In this document: positions 1-8,124 of the stretch, piece by piece | Numbering within the stretch: position 1 is the stretch's first letter | How the letters are laid out: every line of letters begins with the position of its first letter | Notes under the pieces: generated by a model | What the model was told of the DNA's origin: nothing | The model's input: the letters and a program-made list of their open reading frames with translations, nothing else | Database searches by the model: none | Assembly (NCBI GenBank): GCA_018829965.1 | Contig: JAHJTG010000016.1 | Location: 29,537-93,536 of the forward strand | Direction of reading: 5' to 3' | DNA: 64,000 nucleotides | Source: Patescibacteria group bacterium | GTDB lineage: Bacteria > Patescibacteriota > Minisyncoccia > Minisyncoccales > Staskawiczbacteraceae | Made by a program: the position numbers and the translations under genes

Positions 1-1203
1 CGGGTTAAGCTTGGAAGCGGAGCGCGCGGGCAAATAACCCGCGATGCAGCCAATTAAAAAAGAAAATCCTAGACTGAATATAATCAATTGGGGAGTTATT
101 GATGCCTGTAGATATAAATTACCGGTTGCTTTAACAGCAAATTCTATAGCCTTGGCCAAACCTAATCCTAAAATCATCCCTCCAATTCCTCCAAATAGTC
201 CAAAAAACCCGGATTCTATTAAGAAAATAGTATTAATAGCGGAATTCTTAGCGCCAATAGCCTTCATGATGCCGATTTCTTTCGTTCTTTCTCGAACTGA
301 AGTATACATAGTATTCATAATTCCTACCCCGCCGACGATAATAGCGATTGAAGCAAAACCGAAAATAGCTATTTGTATCATTCCCAATATACTGCCCACG
401 ATATCCATTACTTTTTCAGAACTTAAAACAGAAAATGAAGGAGAATCTGCTCCCCTTACCCTCTTTCTGGTTTCTAAAAGATTGCTTTTAATATTTTCAA
501 TTACTTCGTCTATTTCGTAGCCCTGCTTAGCTCTTGCTAAAACAATCTTAGCTCCTTTTTTTTCACCAGTGATATCTTTAAAAATATCTAAATCAACGGT
601 AATTGTAGAATCGTCCTGTTTATTTCCCAAAGACTTTAAAACTCCGGAAATTATGAATTTCCTTCCGCTAATAAAAGCTTCGTCTCCAACTTTCATCCCT
701 GGAAAAACATCTGTAGGAACAGCTGAACCGACAATAATTTCTTTTTTACCAATAACAGGCCAATCCCCTTCTTTTATGCTCCAGCCAAAGTCATTTTTTA
801 AAATATCCATTCCGTCTTTCCAAGAAACGCCGTTTATTAATATTGTTTTAACTTTTCCTTCGTGTCTAACAGCTTCTCCTTTATAATTCATGGGCACGAT
901 TGTTTCCACTCCTTCTGCTTTTTTAATTGCGTCCATATCTTTTTCCGTTAGCTCAAGGCCTCCACTCATCATAGTTGCCATATCGGTTATCTCTCCAGGA
1001 AAAATCATAATCAAGTCTTTGCCCATCATTTTTAATTGCTGCATTAAAGCTGTTTTTATCCCCTCGCTTAAAGACATTAAGGAAACAATCAAAAATACCC
1101 CGATGACAACACCGATTATAGTAAGCCAACTGCGTAAACGCCTAGCCTTTAAGCTTTTTATGGCAATTTTAAAGTATTCTTTTATGAAGTTTATTTTTCC
1201 CAT
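1..1203 (-). CDS. ABC transporter permease, MacB/FtsX family (3' end runs off the window)
   Basis: Own translation of the minus strand from ATG at 1203: MGKINFIKEYFKIAIKSLKARRLRSWLTIIGVVIGVFLIV..., open to position 1 (...IGIMKAIGAKNSAINTIFLIESGFFGLFGG...YLPARSASKLNP). N-terminal TM, large loop, C-terminal FtsX-type TM block. Starts 2 nt after the ATPase stop. Absent from the ORF track because there is no stop in the window. Confidence 0.85.
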   Translation of the reverse strand, partial: MGKINFIKEYFKIAIKSLKARRLRSWLTIIGVVIGVFLIVSLMSLSEGIKTALMQQLKMMGKDLIMIFPGEITDMATMMSGGLELTEKDMDAIKKAEGVETIVPMNYKGEAVRHEGKVKTILINGVSWKDGMDILKNDFGWSIKEGDWPVIGKKEIIVGSAVPTDVFPGMKVGDEAFISGRKFIISGVLKSLGNKQDDSTITVDLDIFKDITGEKKGAKIVLARAKQGYEIDEVIENIKSNLLETRKRVRGADSPSFSVLSSEKVMDIVGSILGMIQIAIFGFASIAIIVGGVGIMNTMYTSVRERTKEIGIMKAIGAKNSAINTIFLIESGFFGLFGGIGGMILGLGLAKAIEFAVKATGNLYLQASITPQLIIFSLGFSFLIGCIAGYLPARSASKLNP

Positions 1204-1205
1204 AA

Positions 1206-1943
1206 TTATGATTTATGTGAGTTTTGTTCCCATAACACTTTTTCTTCTTGAAAATGGTTATGAATTATCTGCCCGTCCTGAATATGAATTATATTCTGGC
1301 TATAATGGGCAATAGTCGGGTCATGAGTTACAACAATAATTGTTTTCTTTTCTTTTTTATGTAATTCTGATAAAGCTTCCATAATTATTTTCCCTGTGCT
1401 GGAATCCAAATTACCCGTAGGCTCATCGGCGATTATTATTTCCGGGTCGTTAGATAGAGACCTGGCAATTGCAACTCTTTGCTGTTCTCCGCCAGAAAGC
1501 TCGCCTGGCCTGTGATGAGCCCTTTTTTGCATATCAAAAGATGCTAATAATTTTTCCGCTCTTTCTTTTCTTTCTAATTCTGGCACTGATTGAAAAATCA
1601 TCGGCATTATTATGTTTTCCAACGCGTTAAGATTTTGCAAAAGATTAAATTGCTGGAAAACAAACCCAATTTTTTGACCCCTGATTTTAGCTAATTCATT
1701 TTCAGAAAAACCAGAGACATTCTCCCCTTCCAAGAATATTTTTCCTTTTGTCGGAACATCTAAAAGGCCTAAAAGATACATTAAGGTTGATTTGCCAGAA
1801 CCAGAAGGTCCCATTATCGTAACAAAAGAACCCTTCCTTATTTCTAAGTTTATTCCTTTAAGAACAGGAAGTTCTATCTTGCCTAATTGATAGATCTTCC
1901 AGACGTTTTCTAATTTGATTAAAGACTCAGACATGCTTGACAA
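1206..1943 (-). CDS. ABC transporter ATP-binding protein (MacB/LolD type)
   Basis: Walker A GPSGSGKST, signature LSGGEQQRVAIARS, Walker B IIIADEPTGNLD, H-loop VTHD. Immediately upstream of the FtsX-type permease. Confidence 0.93.
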   Translation of the reverse strand: MSSMSESLIKLENVWKIYQLGKIELPVLKGINLEIRKGSFVTIMGPSGSGKSTLMYLLGLLDVPTKGKIFLEGENVSGFSENELAKIRGQKIGFVFQQFNLLQNLNALENIIMPMIFQSVPELERKERAEKLLASFDMQKRAHHRPGELSGGEQQRVAIARSLSNDPEIIIADEPTGNLDSSTGKIIMEALSELHKKEKKTIIVVTHDPTIAHYSQNIIHIQDGQIIHNHFQEEKVLWEQNSHKS

Positions 1944-2040
1944 GGTTTTAATAGTGTATTATGATATATGTATAAATTAAATTGTTTTTTAAGAAATAAA
2001 GGATGGCGTTCGTCCTTTAATACAGAACGTATAAACAGAA

Positions 2041-2553
2041 ATGGATTTTAAAGATTGGAGATTTAAAATGAAAAAACGAAAAGGTTTAACGACGCTGAAT
2101 TTTTTGTTAATGATTATTATTTTTTTATCCTTTGTAGTCTCAGTAGGCTTAATAGACCTCGCCATAAGAACAAACGCGAGGCTAACCAACGAGCAAGTAA
2201 TCGCGGAACCCAACACTGATAGTAGCTATAAGAGCGTTCCTTATGATTCTAACTGCGACGAACCTAACTGTTATACTATCGGCTATTCTGGAGACGAACA
2301 TGGAACTGGGTGCACGGTCAGATATTTAAAAGACCTTATGGTAAGAATATCGATAGTAGTTGACAAGACTGAAGTAAAAGACACAGAGAAGAAGGCTGCC
2401 GAGCTACTCAAAACGGCGAAAAAAATGATTGAACAGAATGACAAGATAATTAGCACAGAAACTATCACAGATATAGACGGAGTAGGATTTATCTGCCAAG
2501 AATTCAAGCTCACTCTTAAGTCCGCTGATCCAAATTCTCCTCCTTCTTCCTGA
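2041..2553 (+). CDS. hypothetical membrane-anchored/exported protein (start may be the MKKRKG Met at 2068)
   Basis: 170-aa ORF with a basic N-terminus and one hydrophobic helix (LNFLLMIIIFLSFVVSVGLIDL). Followed by a good rho-independent terminator on the same strand. Lone plus-strand gene between the efflux adaptor and the ATPase. Confidence 0.55.
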   Translation: MDFKDWRFKMKKRKGLTTLNFLLMIIIFLSFVVSVGLIDLAIRTNARLTNEQVIAEPNTDSSYKSVPYDSNCDEPNCYTIGYSGDEHGTGCTVRYLKDLMVRISIVVDKTEVKDTEKKAAELLKTAKKMIEQNDKIISTETITDIDGVGFICQEFKLTLKSADPNSPPSS

Positions 2554-2577
2554 CACTAGCTTCTCTGGCAACCAAAG

Positions 2578-2611
2578 GCGTTAACTATCAAAAGTTAACG
2601 CTTCTTTTTTT
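2578..2611 (+). terminator. rho-independent terminator
   Basis: gcgttaac-tatcaaaa-gttaacgc hairpin followed by ttcttttttt. Confidence 0.75.
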
Positions 2612-2685
2612 ACATACGAATTTTAAAAAGCAGATTTATCGTTTACCTTCACGGGAACAGTTCCTGCGAACTTTATCTGTGAGTT

Positions 2686-2706
2686 TACGGGGGTGCGACC
2701 CCCGTA
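2686..2706. repeat. GC hairpin TACGGGGG-n5-CCCCCGTA, stop-proximal (copy 1 of 2)
   Basis: tacgggggtgcgacccccgta, 2 nt from the adaptor-gene stop. Near-identical to the copy at 4624-4654. Confidence 0.8.
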
Positions 2707-2708
2707 GC

Positions 2709-4229
2709 TTATTCAATCACAATTTCCTCACCCTCTATCAAACCGGAGATGACTTCTACTTTACCATCACTCCCCTCTAATCCAATCTGTATTCCTATTT
2801 CTTCTTGTTTCTTGTCTTTTAAAACTAAAACTGTAATTTTTCCGTTTTCTTGAACAGCTTCTTTCGGCACCACCAATACATTATTTTTTTCTGCGGTTTT
2901 TATAACAATATCAACCGTCATCCCAGGTTTTGCACCTTCTTTTAATTCATCAAAAGCAATCGTAACTTCGTAATAGACAACTCCGTCAACTAGTTTTCCA
3001 GCTGGATTAATTGTTATTACCTTTCCCGTCAATGTTTCGTTTGAAAAAGCAGCTACCTTAATATCAACTGAATTCCCATTTTTAATCTTAACAATATCTT
3101 CTTCATAGATATCAACCTTTACTTGAAACGGGTCTAAAGAAATCAAAGAAATAGGCAATTCTGTAGCTTGGGCTATTTCACCAACTTTCTTATCCACTTT
3201 TGTCACTATAGCTTTTATTGGGCTACGAAGCGAAGCATCGTTAATCTGTGTTTGTAATAAACTAACGTTTGCCTCTGCCTCATTCACTTTTGCTTGATAA
3301 TAGTCAATGTCTTCCTGTCTTGGCTTGGCTTTTTTAAAAGCGAGTTCGTCTTCAGCTGTTTGAAAAGCGATTTTATCAGAAGAAATGGCCTGCTGGTCAT
3401 CAGTAACGCTAGTTAAACTTGTAATGATATACGACCTATGATTATCTAATATTGTTTTATCAGCAGACGAAACTTTTGAATAATAGGCTGCTGATTCGCA
3501 AGTTTCTCTAATAATCTTTAGAGCATTAGAAGTACTGGTTAATCCAATAATTGTTTTAGAAACTGCGCTGTTAATATTGTCGTTAGTTGAATTACTTTTA
3601 GCTACATCTAAGTACGGCTTAACTATTGTCAAAGCTTCTCCAATCACATCTTTATTGTCTCTCACTTTTGTGCCTTCTTGGTCGCCAGCGTTAAAATAAC
3701 TGGTTTGAATTGTGCCAACAGCGTTATAGGCATTGTAGATTTTCAAATGAGCATCGTCTAGTCCATTTAAAGCATCTTGATAGGCTTTATTCAAATCATC
3801 CTGGGCCGCATTTCTTGCGCTTTCCACGACCTTAATGTCCTCGGCAGTAGAACCAGCTATTAATTTATCGTATTGGGTTTGAGCCACAGCTAAAGATGCT
3901 TCAGCTCCATTAAGCTGAACATAAAGCTGGTTTATTTCTAATTTAGCCAAAGTGCTCCCTTTTTCTACAATATCTCCAACTTTAATATCCATTCTTTCAA
4001 TTCTTCCTGAAGTTTTAAAACCAAGGTTTATTTCTTGAGCACCTTCCACAGAACCAGTTTCTGCAACTTCTTGGATAATATCTCCTCTGACAACTTTAAC
4101 TGTTTTTAAAGCGCTATCCCCTTTTTTAAAAATATTTCCAAAAAGGAAAAAGGCTATTATCAATATAATAACTGATATTATAATTATTTTTTTCTTTGTT
4201 TTTATTATATTTAGTATTTTTTTATGCAT
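2709..4229 (-). CDS. efflux periplasmic adaptor, HlyD/MacA family
   Basis: N-terminal TM (IIIISVIILIIAFFLF), lipoyl-like hairpin motifs, long coiled-coil middle, C-terminal beta-barrel segments. Start placed at MHKKILN (4229); the track ORF extends to 4319 but only adds non-membrane residues. Confidence 0.8.
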   Translation of the reverse strand: MHKKILNIIKTKKKIIIISVIILIIAFFLFGNIFKKGDSALKTVKVVRGDIIQEVAETGSVEGAQEINLGFKTSGRIERMDIKVGDIVEKGSTLAKLEINQLYVQLNGAEASLAVAQTQYDKLIAGSTAEDIKVVESARNAAQDDLNKAYQDALNGLDDAHLKIYNAYNAVGTIQTSYFNAGDQEGTKVRDNKDVIGEALTIVKPYLDVAKSNSTNDNINSAVSKTIIGLTSTSNALKIIRETCESAAYYSKVSSADKTILDNHRSYIITSLTSVTDDQQAISSDKIAFQTAEDELAFKKAKPRQEDIDYYQAKVNEAEANVSLLQTQINDASLRSPIKAIVTKVDKKVGEIAQATELPISLISLDPFQVKVDIYEEDIVKIKNGNSVDIKVAAFSNETLTGKVITINPAGKLVDGVVYYEVTIAFDELKEGAKPGMTVDIVIKTAEKNNVLVVPKEAVQENGKITVLVLKDKKQEEIGIQIGLEGSDGKVEVISGLIEGEEIVIE

Positions 4230-4623
4230 TGTTTTTATGGTTTTTAATAAAGTTTTTAATTGACCTATCGCGAGTCTTTTCAACGCTTGCTGAAAAACAG
4301 CAGGCAGGAAGCTCGTCATTTTTTAAATGATACCTTAAACATTCGCAACAAGTCCCCTTCCTCTCGCAATCTGGATAAGTGCAGGGACAGGCTTCTAAAT
4401 TCTTTTGTTTTTTTTACACTCCATCTATTCTATTGGATTAGTTTATTGTATATTATATCGCTTTATTATTATTTTATTATAACAAAAAATTGCCTATAGG
4501 GCAATTTTACTAGTTTTAACTATACGATAATCTGTCGCACAATGAGTTAAAAAATGGAAACCTGATTTCCTCCTCATGTCCTCCGCCTAACATTTCCCGC
4601 TACATTTCTAATTTCTAATTATT

Positions 4624-4654
4624 AAGCTTACGGGGGTCGTACCCCCGTAAGCTT
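4624..4654. repeat. GC hairpin AAGCTTACGGGGG-n5-CCCCCGTAAGCTT (copy 2 of 2)
   Basis: aagcttacgggggtcgtacccccgtaagctt, downstream of the prmC stop. Confidence 0.8.
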
Positions 4655-4671
4655 TAATCTCTATTAAAAAT

Positions 4672-5529
4672 TTAAATTTGTATTATTATATATCGCCATT
4701 TGTTAAATTGGTCTTTATGAAATCGGTAATTTTTGTATCCGAACTTCTTTAACAATCTTTCAATCTCTTTTTTCTGTTCAGGGCTGAACTCCATAAATAT
4801 TTTTCCTCGCCCTTCCGAAGCCTTGCTGAGTCCGTCCGTAGCTTTAAGTGAAGGAGGAGCGAAGGAGGGTGCTTCTTTTAGAAACCTCCTGATGCAAAAA
4901 AACCCGTCTTTACCGCCGAATATTGCTTTTTTAGGTTCGTGTTTTAGAACAGCTTTTTGAACTTTCTTTAAGTTTCCTTTGCTGATATATGGAGGATTAG
5001 CAAAGATATAATCATACTCTCCTTTTATCTTGCTAAAAACATCGGATTGAATTATCTTATATCTTTTTTTATCTATATTGTTCAGCTTTAAGTTTAATTC
5101 AATTTGTTTTAAAAACCTTTTATCCTTTTCAGCAAAATCAACCTTGCTATTTTTAATATTCTTAAGAATTGCCAAGCCAATACACCCTGACCCAGAAAAG
5201 ATATCTAAAATATTCAGCTTAATATTTCCTGTTTTTACTTTTTCAGCCGTATATCCAGCCGTGTAAAAAATTCGCGATCGCGAATTTTTTACACGGCTGG
5301 AATAATCCTTTTTAATTCCTTTAATCGCCTCCCTCACCCAATACTCTGTTTCCTGCCTAGGGATTAAAGGCTTTTTAGATAAATCAATTTTACAGCCTAA
5401 AAAACTAACAAAGCCGATGATATAGTCTATCGGCTCGCCGTTTTGCAATCGCTTTAAATCCTTTTTAAATCCTTTTGTTACTTTTCCGTTATATTTTTCC
5501 TTTAATAACCAACTGGCTTCTTTTTGCAT
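4672..5529 (-). CDS. prmC: release-factor glutamine N5-methyltransferase (PrmC/HemK) carrying in-frame repeat insertions
   Basis: SAM motif LDIFSGSGCIGLA and catalytic NPPY (FANPPYI). Two GC-rich insertions (5254-5299 and about 4800-4875) interrupt otherwise collinear HemK sequence. Confidence 0.88.
   Translation of the reverse strand: MQKEASWLLKEKYNGKVTKGFKKDLKRLQNGEPIDYIIGFVSFLGCKIDLSKKPLIPRQETEYWVREAIKGIKKDYSSRVKNSRSRIFYTAGYTAEKVKTGNIKLNILDIFSGSGCIGLAILKNIKNSKVDFAEKDKRFLKQIELNLKLNNIDKKRYKIIQSDVFSKIKGEYDYIFANPPYISKGNLKKVQKAVLKHEPKKAIFGGKDGFFCIRRFLKEAPSFAPPSLKATDGLSKASEGRGKIFMEFSPEQKKEIERLLKKFGYKNYRFHKDQFNKWRYIIIQI
5254..5299. repeat. perfect 46-bp palindrome inside the prmC reading frame
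   Basis: ccagccgtgtaaaaaattcgcgatcgcgaattttttacacggctgg is its own reverse complement. Translated as SSRVKNSRSRIFYTAG. Confidence 0.95.
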
Positions 5530-5588
5530 ACAATTTATTAAATGAGTTTGGAGAAATTAGTGAGGTCGGGACCTCACTAATAATTTTT

Positions 5589-5780
5589 AACTGTTAAACG
5601 AGGCAATAAGTTTAAAAGTAAATTTCGCAGGCAATTTAGCATGGTTTCGTCGATTGGCGACCGCAACACCCGGTGTTGTCGCAACACCGGGTGTTGCGGA
5701 GTGTGTTGCGGAGTAAATTTAAATAGCCCTGAGACGCTGGACGAAGGGACTATCGGTACTTTTAAACTCGTTGCCGAACG
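5589..5780 (-). repeat. F1 long-hairpin element (CGCTCGG...CCTCGCT superfamily), copy a
   Basis: Plus strand aactgttaaacgagg-[ggcaataagtttaaaagta ... tacttttaaactcgttgcc]-gaacg. Ends 1 nt from the rlmE stop. Interior holds nested GC palindromes (gcaacacccggtgttg x2). Confidence 0.85.
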
Positions 5781-6377
5781 CTATTGTCGAGTAAATTTTT
5801 TCGCCACAATGTAAAACTCCTTACTGTGTTTTATAACTGCCATAGGCCTGACTCTTTTTAAAACCTCAAAGTGTTTTTCTACCTCTTTCACAAATTCATC
5901 TACGCATTCCCCTTCAAAGATTTTAGATATGAAACTTCCGCCTCTTCTTAACACAATCTTTGCTATTTCAAATGCTTTTTCAGAAAGTTCTAAAGACTTT
6001 CCCACATCAGACCATATTACTCCGGTAGTCTTTGGAGCCAAATCAGCAACTAATGCATCGCACTTTCCTTGCCATGCTTTCAAATCATCTTCTGTTATTT
6101 CTAAAATATCTTTTTTAATAAAAGAGATATTGTTCCTCGGAGGTATTTTAATATCCTCAATATCAATGCCCAATACCCTGCCCTTCGGACCAACCGTATC
6201 TGAAATATATATTATCCAAGAACCCGGAGCGCAACCTAAATCTAAAACCACGTCATTTTTCCTAATGACTCTGAGTTTATCATTTATTTCTTTCAGCTTA
6301 TAGACTGACCTTGCGGGATAACCCTCTTTTTTTGCTTTGCGAGTATAGAACTCGCGTTTTTTATCTTTGCGGTACAC
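5781..6377 (-). CDS. rlmE: 23S rRNA 2'-O-ribose methyltransferase RlmE/FtsJ (present ORF starts with GTG at a repeat junction)
   Basis: ARSVYKLKEIN and DLGCAPGSW SAM motif, plus the DxxxK-type FtsJ core. The first codon GTG straddles the left end of MITE F3a. Confidence 0.88.
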   Translation of the reverse strand: MYRKDKKREFYTRKAKKEGYPARSVYKLKEINDKLRVIRKNDVVLDLGCAPGSWIIYISDTVGPKGRVLGIDIEDIKIPPRNNISFIKKDILEITEDDLKAWQGKCDALVADLAPKTTGVIWSDVGKSLELSEKAFEIAKIVLRRGGSFISKIFEGECVDEFVKEVEKHFEVLKRVRPMAVIKHSKEFYIVAKKFTRQ

Positions 6378-6506
6378 CCCGTTAGAAGTCCTTGACGAAA
6401 AAATTTATAAATAAATTTTTTCTATCAACAGAACAAAACATTAATTTAATAAACATTTGATTACCATATTAGTTGTTTGCTTTAATAAAAACAGACTTCT
6501 AACGTG
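6377..6506. mobile_element. F3 MITE copy a (TIR CCCCGTTAGAAGTC / GACTTCTAACGTG, TSD GTACA)
   Basis: 13-14 bp terminal inverted repeats. Identical 5-bp GTACA at 6372-6376 and 6507-6511. Interior related to copy c. Confidence 0.85.
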
Positions 6507-6526
6507 GTACATATTTGTATTATAAC

Positions 6527-6556
6527 AAAAAAAACCCGCTATAGACGGGCTTTTTA
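6527..6556 (-). terminator. putative rho-independent terminator after rplU
   Basis: Minus strand: aaaaaGCCCGtctatagCGGGTtttttttt. Short GC stem plus an 8-T run. Confidence 0.5.
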
Positions 6557-6562
6557 GAGAAT

Positions 6563-6877
6563 CTACTCTGCCTCTATCTTTAATATCTCTACTTCGGTAT
6601 AGGGCTGTCTGTGCCCCATCTTTTTATGAAAACGTTTCTTAGCCTTGTATTTATATATGGTAATCTTATCTCCCTTCCCCTGCTTTAAAATTTTTCCTAC
6701 AACCTTGGCTCCTTTTACTAAAGGAGTACCGATTTCTACTTTCTTGTTTCTTTCCAATAATAAAACTTCGGAAAAAATAATTTCCTCCCCTTCTTTTTTC
6801 TCTATTTTCTCAATCTTTAATTTTTCTTCGGGGGAAACAATATATTGCTTCCCACCGGTTTTTATTACTGCCAACAT
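6563..6877 (-). CDS. rplU: 50S ribosomal protein L21
   Basis: MLAVIKTGGKQYIV... and C-terminal GHRQPYTEV, typical of L21. Confidence 0.95.
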   Translation of the reverse strand: MLAVIKTGGKQYIVSPEEKLKIEKIEKKEGEEIIFSEVLLLERNKKVEIGTPLVKGAKVVGKILKQGKGDKITIYKYKAKKRFHKKMGHRQPYTEVEILKIEAE

Positions 6878-6894
6878 AAGTATTTTTGTTTTTT

Positions 6895-7043
6895 AACTGT
6901 TAAGCGAGGCAGTAGTTATAAAAGTGCCCCTCGCAGGCGATTTTGCATGGTTCCGCCTCGTGGCGGAAAAATCGCCGAGAGTGGAGATGACCAAACCTCG
7001 CAGGGGTTTGGATTATCGCCACTTTTATGGCTACTACCGAGCG
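6895..7043 (-). repeat. F1 long-hairpin element, copy b
   Basis: aactgttaagcgagg-[ggcagtagttataaaagtg ... cacttttatggctactacc]-gagcg. Ends 1 nt before the rmuC stop. Confidence 0.85.
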
Positions 7044-7044
7044 T

Positions 7045-8079
7045 CTATTCAATTAGAGACTGTTCAACCTCTTTTATAGTTTTAATATTATTTTCCGTAC
7101 CTGTTATTTTTACCACATCTTTATCTATTTTTGCAAGCTCTTTTGACGCTTTATTGTAAGAACCGACTGTTATATTCAAATGCCCGCCCATTTTCTTCAT
7201 ATATTCGCTGTATGTTCCCAAATGCCTTCCCAGCCTTTCAACTTCTTTTATAACCTCCTTTGCCTGTTCTGATATCTTCTGATTTTTCAATCCTTGCAAA
7301 ACCGTCTGCAAATAAGCAAGAAATGATGTCGGGGAAACAATTATTACTTTCTTTCTGCCAGCGTAATATATCAGATTATTCGTATCTTCGGTTATCGTCC
7401 CCACTTTATTGATAAGCAAATCGTAATATACAGCTTCAGAAGGAATAAACATAAAAGCAAAATCCATTGTGTTTTCTTCTGGTTTTACATATTTTGATGT
7501 CTCTTCAATCCTGGCTTTTAAATCTTGGACAAAAGCATTCTCATATCTCTTTTTGTCTTCTGGATTCCTTGATTCTAGAATGCGGTTATAGTTTTCCAAG
7601 CTGAACTTTGAATCAATCGGAATAATGCGCTTGTCTACAAAAACCACTGCGTCAACTATTGTCCCGTCTTTAAACGAATACTGCATTTGAAAAGAACCGG
7701 GAGGCAAAACATTTTTTAAAACAGTTTCAAGATAATACTCTCCTAAAACTCCTCTTTGTTTGGGATTTTTCAAAATATCCTGAAGGCTCTGCAACTGGTC
7801 GGCAAAACCTACGACCTGACGGTTGGTTTCATCAAGTTTAGTTAGTTTTTCAGTAACATCGCTGATAATTTTAGCGCTTTGTCCGAACTGCACTTGAATA
7901 GTTTTATTTGATTCAGACAACTGGCTTTCCAAAGTTTTCCTGATATCGCTTAATTGCTGTTGAATCATTAAAGAGGCATCGCTTTTTGTTTCAGATTTCT
8001 TCTTAAATAATAAAAAAAACACTCCTGTCAAGCCGAAAAAAATTAAAACCAAAAAGCTGATTATTATTGCTTGTTCCAT
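7045..8079 (-). CDS. rmuC: DNA recombination protein RmuC
   Basis: N-terminal TM, long coiled coil, C-terminal RmuC nuclease-like block (VDAVVFVDKRIIPIDSKF...FMFIPSEAVY). Confidence 0.85.
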   Translation of the reverse strand: MEQAIIISFLVLIFFGLTGVFFLLFKKKSETKSDASLMIQQQLSDIRKTLESQLSESNKTIQVQFGQSAKIISDVTEKLTKLDETNRQVVGFADQLQSLQDILKNPKQRGVLGEYYLETVLKNVLPPGSFQMQYSFKDGTIVDAVVFVDKRIIPIDSKFSLENYNRILESRNPEDKKRYENAFVQDLKARIEETSKYVKPEENTMDFAFMFIPSEAVYYDLLINKVGTITEDTNNLIYYAGRKKVIIVSPTSFLAYLQTVLQGLKNQKISEQAKEVIKEVERLGRHLGTYSEYMKKMGGHLNITVGSYNKASKELAKIDKDVVKITGTENNIKTIKEVEQSLIE

Positions 8080-8124
8080 TAAAGTTATATTATATTATTT
8101 TACTCAAAGATTCAACACTGTAAT

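Noticed and set aside
44-1315. Plus-strand track ORFs 44-520, 569-886 and 890-1315
   Set aside because: They are antisense to a continuous, clearly MacB/FtsX-like minus-strand frame. Their sequences are low-complexity (I/P/S-rich) mirror-frame artefacts.
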